DNA from: Heterodontus francisci
Taxonomy: Eukaryota
DNA: 64,000 nucleotides
NCBI RefSeq assembly: GCF_036365525.1
Contig: NC_090371.1
Coordinates: forward strand, 216,807,056 to 216,871,055
Reading direction: 5' to 3'
Of this stretch, positions 51,351 to 64,000 are shown in pieces. Under the pieces are notes generated by a model. The model did no database searches, was not told the origin of the DNA, and saw only the letters and a list, made by a program, of their open reading frames with translations. A program made the position numbers and the translations under genes. How positions within the stretch are numbered: position 1 is the stretch's first letter; the number at the start of each line of letters is the position of its first letter.

Positions 51351-52260
51351 TTGAAATACTACAGTTTAAGCTTTAACAACTAACATCCTCAAAGTCCAGG
51401 ATGTGTTGAACCTTCATTACCAACTTTCTATGGGGGAGCTGAATGCACAGCACATTTTCTGCACAGTCTAATTTAAATACAATTTGCATGAATTTACATA
51501 TGGAAATAGAGCTCTCACATTGAATATGTAAGAGCATTACGGGCTGGCCCAAAATGTTGCCTGGAAGGTTAAGGGCTGATAAAATCAAACAGGGATCCAG
51601 CCATATGCAACAAACACCTGACTTGCTGTCCGACACTTTCCACTTTCATGCCACTGCAATCAAAAATCCAGCAATTTATTCATGTCAGGTATTACGTTAG
51701 CAACATCTGCCTGAATATGTCAACCAGAAATTTCAGCTCAGCAGACAAGAATGGTCTTTTTGTGAAAAGCAGAGGATTACATGCTCAGAACAACAAGGTA
51801 ATTTTTTTGTTATCACATTTATAACAGTGCTCAAAATTCCTACTGAACAAATAAAAGTAGGAGAGAAGAACGGCTTTGAGTGACTTATTTACAAAATTAC
51901 AAGCTTTGAATCGTACTATTTCTGAGAAGTCAATGTTGTTCACTAATCGTTAATTATGGAAAAAGATTGGGGGCACTGAACACTTTTTATTAAAAAAGGA
52001 ATTTTAAGTTAATCTGAAGCCTAATCAATGTTCTTCTCAATTTCTGCTGTATCTGATTACTTTCCCTAGGTCAGTAAACATGGAATGAAAGAGACGAACC
52101 AGGTGTTGGGGTGCAAATAGAGTAGTAGATTGAGAACATTGATATCGCTGCTAGTCTTAGATCAAATAGTGTTCTGTAAATTGTGGCATATAAGGGAAGG
52201 AATGGTTTTGCATTTTCATGATGTTTGAGCAAAGATAAAGGTTGTACACTTTAATACATT

Positions 52261-53016
52261 GGGCTGGATTTTGTGCAGGAGGCAGGGGTCCAGGCACCAG
52301 GCCGAAAGGTTGGGGGGAACCCCGCTTCTGCACTTTTTCAGGACCCGGGAGCGATCCTCCGGTCTTTGGTCAGCAAAGTTTAAGGAGTCGGGATCCCTGT
52401 CCCTTTAAACACTTAATAGAGATGGGGATCCCACCCCGAAGAGTTGCCGGCCAGTCAGAGGGCTGGCAGCTCAACAGTATCCGCAGCGTCACTGGGAACG
52501 ATGGCCACTGCCTGTACTGCAGAGGCCTTGGACCCAGGCCCAGCGTTGGAACACCAGACACGAGGTAGATGAGGCGGGGTTGCCGGGGCTGGTCTGGAAG
52601 GCCCTGGTGCGGGGGGAAGGGGACTGGGTGTTCGGTCCAGGGGGAGGCGTGTCCTGGGGGGTACTGTGGTTCCTGGTGGGGGGGCATCCTCCATGGGCCA
52701 CAAATTGCTCACGAAGGAGGGATCCGCACTGCAAGCCTGAAGGGAGGGCGCCCATTTTCCAAGGTGTCCTCCCCGTGTGGCGGATGCCCACCAGTGGTAA
52801 GATCCCAGCGGCGGCGGGAAGAGGCCCTTAATTGGCCGTCAATAGGCCACTTACTCTGGGCAGTAAGGCTGACGTCGGCCTATCCCGCCCCCTGGGAGGT
52901 TTGGGTCCAGCAATCCCGACGCCAGGTTCTGTGGCGGCCACTGCCACTCCAATTCTCCGGCACCCCCCCACCCTCACCACAGAACCCAATGTCGGGCTGG
53001 ATACAAAATCCAGCCC
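52261..53016. mobile_element. Harbinger-type MITE
   Basis: TIRs gggctggatttt / aaaatccagccc. Confidence 0.82.
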
Positions 53017-53314
53017 TTTCTCTTCCTATACTAATCATATTTATTTGATTTTCTTCTAACAGTGTGGTTTTCATTCATTCAGAAAAAGTCAACTTGATTT
53101 GTCATGATGTCGAAAATTTTGGTTACAAATTTCAGATTGATTTCCAGATGCCCCTGTCTACATTTCTCAGAAATTCTGATTGCAGTGTAAACTTTCCAAA
53201 GGGCTGTTATGCCTGACAGTCTGAGAATGATGTCTGTGGTCAGTTAAGCACAGAGTACTTCAACAATTGGGTCATTTCAGCTCTCCAGATTAATTTAGAT
53301 TCCTCACAATTTGA

Positions 53315-53612
53315 AAGAAAGACTTGCATTTATAAAGTGCTTTTCACGAACACCAGATGTCCCAAAGCAATTTACGGCCAATGAAGTATTTTTGAAATGT
53401 AGTCACTGTTGTAATACAGGAAACATGATAGCCAATTTGTACACAGCAAGCTGCCACAAACAGAAATGTTTTTGTGATGTTGATTGAGGGATAAATATTG
53501 TCCAGGGCACCAGGGGTAACTAACCTGCTCGTTTTCAAATTAGTGCTATGGGATCTTTTACGTCCACCTGAGCAGGCAGAGCGAACCTTAGTTTAATATC
53601 TCGTCTGAAAGC
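53315..53612 (-). mobile_element. DeuSINE (SacSINE1/AmnSINE-like Deu domain)
   Basis: gatgttgattgagggataaatatt..gggatcttttacgtccacctgag Deu-domain motif and L2-like tail. Confidence 0.75.
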
Positions 53613-53769
53613 TCGATAATTCTTTCCAGTGAGTAACCTCAATGGCATTGGTACTTACTGTTCAACAAAACTATGTTTGAATAAGTCCCTCAAAAAAGCA
53701 ATAAATATGAAATTATAATAAGCCATAAGCAAAGCCTGAACAGGGTTGGAATCACAAACGTGATTTTAA

Positions 53770-56700
53770 AAATTATTTCATGGATTGTGAGCATCGCTGA
53801 CAAGGTCAGCATTTGTTACCCAGCCCTAATTGCCCTTGAGAAAGTGGTGGTGAGCCACCTTCTTGAATTGTCGCAGTCCATCTGGTGCGGGTACATCCAG
53901 AGTGCTGTTCGGGATGGAGTTCCAGGTTTTTGAGCCAGCCATAGTGAAGGAGCGGCAATATAGATCCAGGTCATAGAATCACAGGATGCTGTGTGGCTTG
54001 GAGGGCAATTTGCAAATGGTGGTGTTCCCATACATCTGCTGCCCTTATCCTTTTAGGTGGTAAAGGTTGTGAGCTTGGAAGGTGCTATCGAAGGAGGCTT
54101 GGTGAGTTGCTGACATGCATCTTGTATATGGTACACACTGCTGCCACTATGCGCCTGTGGTGGAGGGAGTGAATGTTTAAGGTGCAGGATGGGATGCTGA
54201 TCAAACGGGCTGCTTTGTCCTGGATGGTGTGAGTGTCTTGAATGCTGTTGGAGCTGCACCATCCAGGCAAGTGGAGAGTATTCTATCACACTCTGGATTT
54301 GTGCCTTGTAGATGGTGGGCACACTTTGGGAAGTCAGGAGGTGAGTTCCTCAGCACAGAATTCCCAGCCTCTGACCTTCTCTTGTAGCTGCAGTATTTAT
54401 ATGGCTGGTCCAGTTAGGTTTCTGGCCAATGGTGTAAAGTAGTGTAATGGCGACCTCACCTTTAAGAAACGTTATCTTTAAGAGACCAGGTCACTGATGC
54501 AACTGATGACATCAAAATAAGGAGGAGACCCCATTTTGAGTGACACACTGAACACATGCCCTGCAGATAGAACATGCAAACAAGCGTGGAAAAGACCTGG
54601 ACCTGAGCAATATGTAAAGCTCATGCAATGTAGATAAGTAAGATAATAAATAGTGTCTATGTTAAATCAAAATATAAAGCCTGAGGCTATCATTTAATGA
54701 AGCCTTAAGAACACAGCACAACACAAATTTTTTTTCTGGCAACGTGGAAATAAAAGAGAAAAAAAGACAAGGCTCAGAAGCATCCAAGGGCAACAAACAA
54801 ACACAGGGGTAAACAAAAAAGTTGAGAGGAAACCAGGACTGGATCAGAGAGAAAACATGGACTGGAAAAGAGAGAAAACCTGAGTTGGAACAGAAAAAAA
54901 AGGCTTTACGGGATGGCGAACCACACAGACAACCCAGGAACATACAAAAGACTTGCATTGACAATTCCAGATTTAAGCAAAAAAAAAATCACCATGTATG
55001 TGCAACAATTGCCAGTCTTTCCAGCTTTCACAGAGATGGACAGCAACTCAGGGCCACACTGGAGCAAATTGCTCGTAAGATTCGAATGCCTAATTGTGTC
55101 ACTCGATATCAATACACCGCAAAGCGAGAGAGCATTACTCCTACATTATGCTGAACCAAAAATTAACAATATCTTCGATATACTCACTGACACTGGAACT
55201 GACAATGATTATGATGCAGTGAAGAATGCTCTAACAAGATATTTTCAATGGAGGACAAATCCTCACTTTCAAATGTATGTCTTCAGACAAGCAAAACAAG
55301 ATAAGTGCGAGACCCTATGACCACTATGTGACGAAACTCAGAAGTCTAAGCCAGAATTGTAACTTAACAGACGCGGACAATGAAATCATCTCCCAGATCA
55401 TTATGACTTACCAATCACCAAGACTAAGAAGAAAAGATCTTAGAGAGGGCTAATCGTTAAACTTGCTAAGTGTCACTCGATATTGCCAGAACACTGGAAG
55501 CCAGCGAAAGACAAGCCAAAGTCTTAGAAGGAAAAGGGGCATATAACCTACGACAAAAAACTCCTGAGGCCAGGTCAGGATTGTTGACACATCTGTGAAT
55601 GCCTCAAGAGGAAGATTTCACCAGAGAAACCCACCAAACGCAAGGACACAGAGGAAACCCAGAGAAAGGTCCAAGACATGTCAAGGATGATCAAGACAGA
55701 GATTATAATCACATCACGTTCAAACATGCAGTCATTGTGGTGGTGCATATCCCCACTATAAAACTTGTCCAGCAAGAGGAAAGAAGTGTAAAGCCTGTGG
55801 AAAAATGGGACATTTCACAAGAGTATGCCAACCGAAGACTACAGAAGACATTAATAAAGTTAAATGCCAGAAGGAAGATTACATAGTCGCAGCACTAGAG
55901 AAGATTTTTGTAGCTCACAACCACAAGTACCAGCACCTGCCCATGTGTGATGTATTCATCGGCAATTCAACTATCTTTGCAGTAATTGACTCAGGAGCAA
56001 CAGTCAACATAATGGATGCCCCGACATTCCACAAGTTACAGAGAAAACAGAAACTGCAATTGAATAAGCCTATATCTAAAATCTTCTCCTATGGATCAGA
56101 TACCCCTCTACTAGTCCTAGGGATGATCTAAGTTACTCTCAAATCCTCCCGTGGGTCCACATGTCAGACTGAGTTCCATGTTGTAGACTCAAGCAAAGGA
56201 AATCTGCTAAGTTTCGAAACTGGCAGCGAATTGAAACTGATCACAACTAACACCGTCAGAGGACAGAACTCTTCGAAGACAGGAGACATCAAGAGGAAGT
56301 ATCCACAGCCACAATTCATACCTACACAACCCTACACGCACTCAACAGTAGGCTTGAGGGATAGAGACAAGAGTCAAAAACAGAGGATAAAGACGTGTGC
56401 AGACGGACAGATACACGCAAAAGATAGTGAGATAAAAGATTCTTCTTTAAAAGAGACAAAGTCCTGGTTCAGCAAGAGAAAACTTTGAAAGTTAGCTCAC
56501 ATTTGACCCAAGAGTGCTTACGTTAGTTCAGAGAAAAGGAAGCATGATCATAGCGAAGAGAAGAAACTATATTGTGAAGATAAATGTAATCTTCTTCAAA
56601 AGAGTCAATGCTAAAACACTTCCAGAAGACAGTGACAAAGACAACTTCAATGACATCACACCTGCGACATCTAAAGAAGCAGCTCAGCTCAATCAAGCAC

Positions 56701-58262
56701 AGCCAAGCTCGATACTGCAAGATCCACAAGGAAGGTCATTGAAACCTCATCGATTACCTGTCTGATTTAAAGACTATATCATGCATCGTTGATGATGGGA
56801 GCCAGGCAGAAAAAGGTCTATTGTTGAGAGTGATGCGCCTGAATCCTCTTCTTTCCAAGTTTTCAAACTTCAGTCCAACTGAGTTTTGTTCAATGTAATG
56901 CACGATTAAATAGCTAGAGAGAGCAATTGTTAACCTTTAAAGGGGGAAACTTTAAATCTAAAAGAAGGGGGTAATATAATTTAGTGTAATGGTGACCTCA
57001 CCTTTAAGAAACCTTTCCTTTAAGAGACTTATGCAACTGATGATATCATCATACATATATAAGCAGGGGACACCATTTTGAGAGATGCTCTGCACACATG
57101 ACCTGCAGACAGAATACACACACCAGTGTGGTAAAGACCTGATCCTGAGCAAAGCTTAGAGCTCATGCAATGTAGATATGTAAGATAATAAATAGTGTTT
57201 GTGTTGAATCTGAATATAAAGCCTACAGTTATCGTTTAATGAAGACATAAGAACACAGCACAGCACTACAAATGGTAACCCCAGCACGTTGATGGTGGGG
57301 TATTGAGCGAATGTAATGCCATTGAATGTCAAGGGAGATGGTTGGATTCCCTCTTGTTGGATATGGTCATTGCCTGGCACTTGTGTGGTGTGAATGTTAT
57401 TGCCAATTAGCAACGCAAGCTTGAATGTTGTCAGGTCTTGCTGCATGTGAACAAGAACTGCTTCAGTATCTGAGGAGTTGTGAATGGTGCTGAACATTGT
57501 GCAATCATTAGCAAACATCCCCACTTCTGACCTTACGATGGAGTGAAGGTCATTGTTGAAGCAGCTGAAGATGGTTGGCCTAGGACACTATCCTAAGGAA
57601 CTCCTGCAGTGATGTCCTGGGCCTTAGATATTTGGCATCCAAAAATGACAACCATCTTCCTTTGTACTAGGTATGACTCCAACTAATGGAGAGTTTTCCC
57701 CTGATTCCCATTGACTTCACTTTTGCTAGGTATCCTGGATGCCAGACTCAGTCAAATGCTGCCTTGATGTCAAGGGCAGTCACTCTCACCTCACCTCTTG
57801 AGTTCAGCTCTTTTGTCCATGTTTGGATGAAGGTTGTAATGAGATCTGGAGCTGAGTGGTCCTGGCGGAACCTAAGCTGACCATCGGTGAGCAGGTTCTT
57901 GCTGAGTAACTGCTGCATGATAGCGCTGTTAATGAGACTTCCCATCACTTTGCTGATGATTCAAAGTAGATTGATGCGGTGGTAATTGGCGAGATTGTAT
58001 TTCTCCTGCTTTTGTGGACAGGACATACCTGGGCACTTTTCTACATTGTCGGGTAGATGCCAGGGTTGTTGCTGTACTGGAACAGCTTGGTTGGGGCACG
58101 GCTAGCTCTGGGGCACAAGTCTTCAGTACTACAGCTGGGATGTTGTTAGGGACCATAGCCTTTGCTGTATCCAATGCCTTCAGCCATTTCTGGATATCAC
58201 GGGGAGTAAATTGAATTGGCTGAAGACTGGCATCTGTGATGCTGGGGACCTCAGGAGGAGGC
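53770..58262 (-). mobile_element. CR1-group LINE (family of 5110-6356) split by an LTR element
   Basis: ALDIKAAFD, MFANDC, LKTCAPELA, YKAQIQSVIEYSPLAW; sequence is continuous across 54432/57271. Confidence 0.85.
54433..57270 (+). mobile_element. Internally deleted Gypsy LTR element (Mag/K02A2.6-like)
   Basis: LTRs 54433-54725 and about 56975-57270; 5-bp TSD AATGG; PBS-like tggcaacgtgga; PPT aaaagaaggggg; gag RALLLHYA, knuckle [14 protein letters not shown], protease IDSGATVNI; no RT. Confidence 0.88.
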
Positions 58263-58407
58263 AGATTCTGCCTCACAACCACTACCAATTCAAACTTTAT
58301 TGCTTTTTTTAAGTTGGCTCCAGTGGAAGAACACTCCTGGTAACCTGCCAGGATCAATATTTAAAACCTGAAAGAGCTGAAGAGTCTAAGCCAAAATCTC
58401 ACACAGC

Positions 58408-60631
58408 GGGCTGAATTTTACTGGGGCGTCACCATCCACAGTGGCACGCTTTGAACTCAGCACGGCACCTGCATTTAGCGGCCGCCACAGAGCCCCCGCA
58501 AAATTACGCATGGGTGCTCATTAGCATCACTGTGCCGAGCCTCCCCCCCAATATAACGTGGGGAGAGGCGGGACTTTTGGCGCAGTGAGAGATTTTTTGA
58601 CAGTTGCGCAGCAGGTGCTGGGGTCCTATTTTAAGCGCCCCAGCACCTGCTTCCTGACAGCTGTCAAAGAAATACTTACCTGACTACTGAAGAGTGGGGC
58701 TGCTGTCAATCTGGCAGTGCTGCAGAAATGCAGCAGGTCAGGCAGCATCTGTGGAGAGAGAAGCAGAGTTAACTTGTCCAAGTTCACAGACCTGAAACAT
58801 TAATTCTGCTTCTCTCTCCACAGATGCTGCCTGACCTGCTGAGTGACCCCGGCACTTTCCGCTTTGCTGCCACATACTTACCCTGCTGTGTCCCAGTGTC
58901 CTGTGAAGTTGCGATCCTCTTCTCCCACTCAAGTGTAACATTCCTTCTTGTAGGCGTGCCGTACCTGGGTGAATAATCTTAATTAAAAACAAGAAATGCT
59001 GGAAATACTCAGCAGGTCTGGCAGCATCTGCGGAGAGAGAAGCAGAGTTAACGTTTCAGGTCAGTGACCCTTCTTCAAACGTAAACTCTGCTTCTCTCTC
59101 CACAGATGCTGCCAGACCTGCTGTGTATTTCCAGCATTTCTTGTTTTTATTTCAGATTTCCAGCATCTGCAGTATTTTGCTTTTATTTTAGCGAATAATC
59201 TTAATATTTCACATTCCAGGATATGAGACTTAAATAGACCATAAAAGATATTATTGCATAGAACACACTGACACAAATGGAAATGCACAGGTGCCACAGC
59301 AATGTAAATACGTCTTTCACTAAATATTGCTCACCAACATGTGTATCCTTTCCTCTGTGTGAATGATGTGTGCCAGCATGTAGCGCCAATGTCACATCCC
59401 TTTACACCGTTGGCCCTTTAGGAGAGCCAACGTATGCAATAACATCATTGCCATGCCACCATTACTCATGAGCGTCTCCACGGATGCAGTGACATGGACA
59501 TTGACTCAGTCAGCTGCTGTCTCTAATGGTTTACACAGGGATGCTGCAGATGTGGACTGGTGCACAGCAGGTGAGCGAGGGTGATGTGTGGCTTGCAGAG
59601 TTCATGTCGGTTCCTATGGAGCAGAGAGCCTTTGTCTGATAAGCCACTGCTGTAAATCCCTAGCTCACTGCTATCTCTGCATGCAGAGCCTGGGTGCCAG
59701 CTGCCCTCCCACACGTCTTTCATATTGTAGGTCCTTAGCGTCCTCATAGTCCGAGGAGGAATCCTGTTGACGTCTCTCCTCATCATGCCAGACCTGGGCC
59801 CTATTAGGTGCGTAGTTGTGCAGAGCAGCGAAGAAAGGAGCTGGCCTTTTCGGCCTGTAGTACAGGGCATCACCCTATCCGTCCAGGCTTTGGAGGAGCT
59901 CTTTCAGCATGCCGATCTCCTGCTCAATGGTGGCTCATGTAGCTCAGTGGCTGGCGTTGTATGTCTCCTCTGCAGACGTGGTGGAATCTCTCACCAGTGT
60001 TGGGAGCCATGTCTGCAAAGGATAGCCCTTATCTCCAAGAAGCCACCCCTCCATCTGAGCCAGTTCAGTGAACAGCGGTGGCAGCCGGGACTGGCGCGAG
60101 ACTCAGGTGTCATGGCAGCTGCCTGAGAAGCGGTCACACATTCGCTACAAACATCTGTGGTGTTCACATACCAGCTTCACCTAGGATTTGAAGGCTCCTT
60201 TAATGGTGACGTCTGCAGGTGGTAGCCTGGCAGTAGGTCCGATGGCCACATACGTGCAGTCTATGAACATTACAACCTATGGTTCTCCGGCAATGGTGCC
60301 AGAACCAATGGTCCTCTGGGCCTGGCTGTGAGATTCTGTCCTGAAGCGGACATCCTCACTGGCCACTCTGAGTGTTGGCCAAGATGGGCAATGCCATGGC
60401 ACGCCACATAGTTGATCCAGGAAAGCAGCTGATGTACCCATCGACACCAATCCATGCCGTGTTAGTAACCTTCAAATACATGCAGGGGAGGCACACCGAG
60501 GTCCCGCTGCTGCCGGCAAAATGTGGCGGGCCTGTCTTGTCATCGCAAGTCAAGGCGGGCCTCTCCCCGCAGCATTTTACTGGCCCCCGCACTGCGATCC
60601 ACGGCATCAAGGGGCCGGTAAAATTCAAACC
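58408..60631 (-). mobile_element. Harbinger element with transposase remnant and TIRs
   Basis: TIRs gggctgaattttac / gtaaaattcaaacc; TSD AGC; - strand GWLLGDKGYP, ATIEQEIGMLK, LHN. Confidence 0.75.
58984..59192. mobile_element. Penelope-derived palindromic insertion
   Basis: About 70-bp inverted arms; 13-bp TSD GAATAATCTTAAT at 58971-58983 and 59193-59205; a second palindrome at about 58730-58845. Confidence 0.8.
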
Positions 60632-60679
60632 AGCATGTTGAGAATTTCTCTCAGATTCTCTTGCCCTGAGAGCAGTGGA

Positions 60680-60880
60680 GACCTGGTCATTGAATATATT
60701 CAAGGCTGTGTTAGACAGATTTGTGATCTACAAGGGAGTCAAGGGTTATGAGGGACCAGCAGGAAAGTTGAGTTAAGGCCGCCATCAGATCAGCCATGAT
60801 CTTATTGAATGGTGGAGAAGGCTGGAAGAGCTGAACAGTGTTCTCCTGTTCTATTTCTTATAATCTTATGATTTTATGAA
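60680..60880 (+). mobile_element. CR1 3' end
   Basis: atcagccatgatcttattgaat..ttcttat tail. Confidence 0.65.
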
Positions 60881-61704
60881 ATTGATGGACATAAGTCTCA
60901 CTATTGTGTTTGTTAATTACCCACAGATCTTGAAGGAAATGGCACTCTGCAAATTAGGCTTAAATAACCATAATTCTTTCCAACGTGTTGCAGGTACATT
61001 TTTAAATCTAAATAAGTCAAGTCCTTTTACTATATAAAATAAAAATATGTACTTGGAAATATGAAATGGGAGCTGATATCTTATTCTTCATAAGTCGATT
61101 GTATTTATTTTCTGGCAGATCTGCCTCTTAAAGGTCAGTATTGCATTTTTCCCTGTAAACATACTGGGGTTAAATTGGGCTGAGAAGCACCTTCGTTTTA
61201 GGCTCTATGCAGCCAACTATGGTTTGAAAATGGTGTCCGAGACGCACGCACGCACTTCCAATGAGAAGAGAGCAGGTCCTCATCTTGTTAAAGTTAGTGC
61301 ACGATTGCCTACAGAGCACCAGCAGTGGATAAAGCAGGCAGATCATAACGTTGATTTGCTGGCTCAACTTAACAGACAAATGAACCTCCTGTGCTTACCT
61401 CACTGGGCAAAATATGATGCTAAACAGCATGATGGAACTCCACCAATGCTACTTAAAGGGATCATGCAGTATCCATAGGTTAGTTGCTGTATTATTCCTG
61501 ATGCTTGTTGACTTGTAGGCATTTTGGAGGATACCTAGACTTAATCAAACTTTCTGTAAGCTAGAAGGAGTGGTTTGGTTGCTGTTGCAGTCCTGTTTGT
61601 GTCTAATGGAATATACTGCACAAAGAAGTTGCCTCCATATGTGAGTGGCTTGGTAGGGCTTCCTCTTGTGATAAAGCATGACAGGGCGAACAAAGAGAGA
61701 TCAT

Positions 61705-64000
61705 ATAATCATAGCATGGTTACAGCACAGTAGGAGGGCATTTGACCCATTGTGTCCATGCTGGCTCTCTGCAAGAGTAACTCAGCTTGTTCCACTCCCT
61801 GCCCTTTCGCCTTAGCCCTGCAATTTTTTTCTCTTCAGGTGATTATCCAATTCCATTTTAAAAGCCACAATTGAATCTGCATCCACCTGACTCTCAGGCA
61901 GTGAATTCCAGATCGCTGCGAAAAAGGTTTTCCCTCATGTCACCGATGGCTCTTTTGCCAATCACCTTGTATTAGGACCCTCTGGTTCTCAACCTTTCCA
62001 TCAATGGGAATAGTTTCTCCCCATCTACTCTATCCAGACTCCTCATTATTTTGATCACTTCGATTAAATTTCCTCTCAACCATCTATTCTCGAAGGAGAA
62101 CAACCCTAGCTTCTTCAATCTATCCACGTAACTGAGTCCCTTATCCCCGGAACCATTCTCGTAAATCTTTCCTGCATCCTCTCCAAAGCCTTCATATCCT
62201 TCCTAAAAATGCAGTGACCCAGAATTGGACACAATACTACATTTAAGGCCGTACCAGTGTTTTACAAAGGTTCATCATAATTTCCTTGCTTTTGTACTCT
62301 ATGCCTCCAATTATAAGCCCAAAATCCTATGTGCCTTTATAACCACTTTCTCAATCTGCCCCAGCCACCTTCAATGATTTGTGCAACTATACCTCTCGGT
62401 CTCTCTGCTCCTGCAAACCCTTTCGAACTCTATTTTAAACATTGCCTCTCCTCATTCTTCCTACCAAAATGTATCACTTCACTCTGCTTTACATTAAATT
62501 TTGTCTGCCACAAGTCTGCCTGTTCCACCAGCCTATGTCCTCTTGAAGTCTAGCACTATCCTCCACACAGTGCACAGTACATTCGAGTTTTGTGTCATCT
62601 GCAAATTTTGAAATTGTGCCCTGCACATCCAAGACTAGGTCACTAATATGCATCAAGAAAAGCAGTACTCCTAGTACTGACCCCTGGGGAATCCCACTGT
62701 ATACATTTCTCTAGTCTGAAAAACATTCGCCACTACTCTCCGTTTCCTGTCACTCAGCCAACTACGTACCCATGCTACTGCTGACCTTTTTATTCCATGT
62801 TCTTCAACTTTGCTGGCAAGCCTATTGTGTGGCACTTTATCAGATACCTTTTGAAAATCCATATACACCACATCAACCACATTATCCTCATCAATCCTCT
62901 CTGTTACCTCATCAAAAAGCTTAATCAAGTTAGTTAACCAAGTTCCCATTAACAAATTTGCGCTGGCTTTCCTTAATTAATATACACTTGTCCAAGCGAC
63001 TGCAAATTTTGTCCCAAATTATTGGGCTGAATTTTGATAGCCCTGAGGAAGTCCCACTGCCAGGGCTGAAAGCAGGAGCTGAGCTTGCTTCAGTGAGCAG
63101 CGGGACCCAGGGAAGGCATTTAGCAGGGGGCGGCCAATTAAGAGGTCATCATGCAATTGAGAACGATGGTCCGTACCCAAGAGCTGCTGGCCCAGCAGCT
63201 CAGCAGCCTCAGCAGTGCCACTGCTAACAGTGGCCATTGCTAAGGCTACATCACCTGGGAGAGGGCGCTTCAATGGCAGGACACCCTCGAAGAGAGGTCA
63301 GTTTGGTTGGGGTAAGCCAGAGCCTGGCAACCAGGGCCCAGTGATCAAGGGGAAGGGCCATGGAACACCAGTGGTAAGCAGCCATTGCTGGCGGGGGTTC
63401 CCTCCATGGGCATGGAGCATCCACCAAGGAGGGTTTCCCCAACCCCAGAACCCACTGGGAGGCCACCAGGGCTGATCTGATTGCCTCCCCACATGGCAGC
63501 AAGCCCTCCCGACGTGGGAAAAATGGCCCCAATATGCCATGGCAATGGGTAGACATTGGTCTCCCTTCCCAATGCCTTCCCCCACATATTGCCAGTTTTC
63601 CTGCTGAGCTAGGAAAATTTAGCCCATCATTTCTAAAAGCTTTCCCACCACTGTGGTTAAACTGTAGTTGCTGGGTTTGTCCTTACAGCTTTTTTGAACA
63701 AGTGTGTAACATTTGCAATTCTACACTCCTCTGGCACCATCCCCATATCTGAGGAGGATTGGAAGATTATGGCCAGCACCTTCGCAATTTCCATCCTACT
63801 TCCCTCAGTATCCTCAGATGCATCCCATCTAGTCCTAGTGACTAATCAACTTTAAATACAGCCAGCCTTTCTACAACCCCTCTTTATCAATTTTCAGCAC
63901 AACCAGTATCTCAACTACCTCCTCTTTCATCATGACTTGGGCAGCATCTTCTTCTTTGGTAAAGACTTACCAAAGTACTTATTTAGTACCTTCAGACATG
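61705..64000 (-). mobile_element. Decayed CR1 RT region, interrupted by a MITE and running off the window
   Basis: VYMDFQKVSDKVPH, KFADD; atcata tail at about 61700. Confidence 0.88.
63024..63625. mobile_element. Harbinger-type MITE inserted in CR1
   Basis: TIRs gggctgaatttt / aaaatttagccc; flanks att/atc. Confidence 0.78.

Overview
Repeat-dominated, intron-like or intergenic eukaryotic DNA. It is most likely from a cartilaginous fish (shark), inferred from SacSINE1/Deu-type SINEs and the CR1, L2, Penelope and Harbinger families present. No host protein-coding gene could be identified, only a few short candidate exons. The main structure is a 12-kb array of four same-orientation Tx1-clade non-LTR retrotransposon copies (37110-49140) that split an old L2 3' end. 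The full-length copy begins with U2 snRNA nt 4-53 fused directly to a very short 5' UTR (Keno-like), yet it is not inserted in a U2 gene. Also present are two internally deleted Gypsy LTR elements with TSDs (one Gmr1-like), Harbinger transposase and Myb remnants with many MITEs, Penelope-derived palindromes with decayed minimal hammerhead ribozyme motifs, CR1/L2/RTE fragments, and 20-bp and 29-bp minisatellites.
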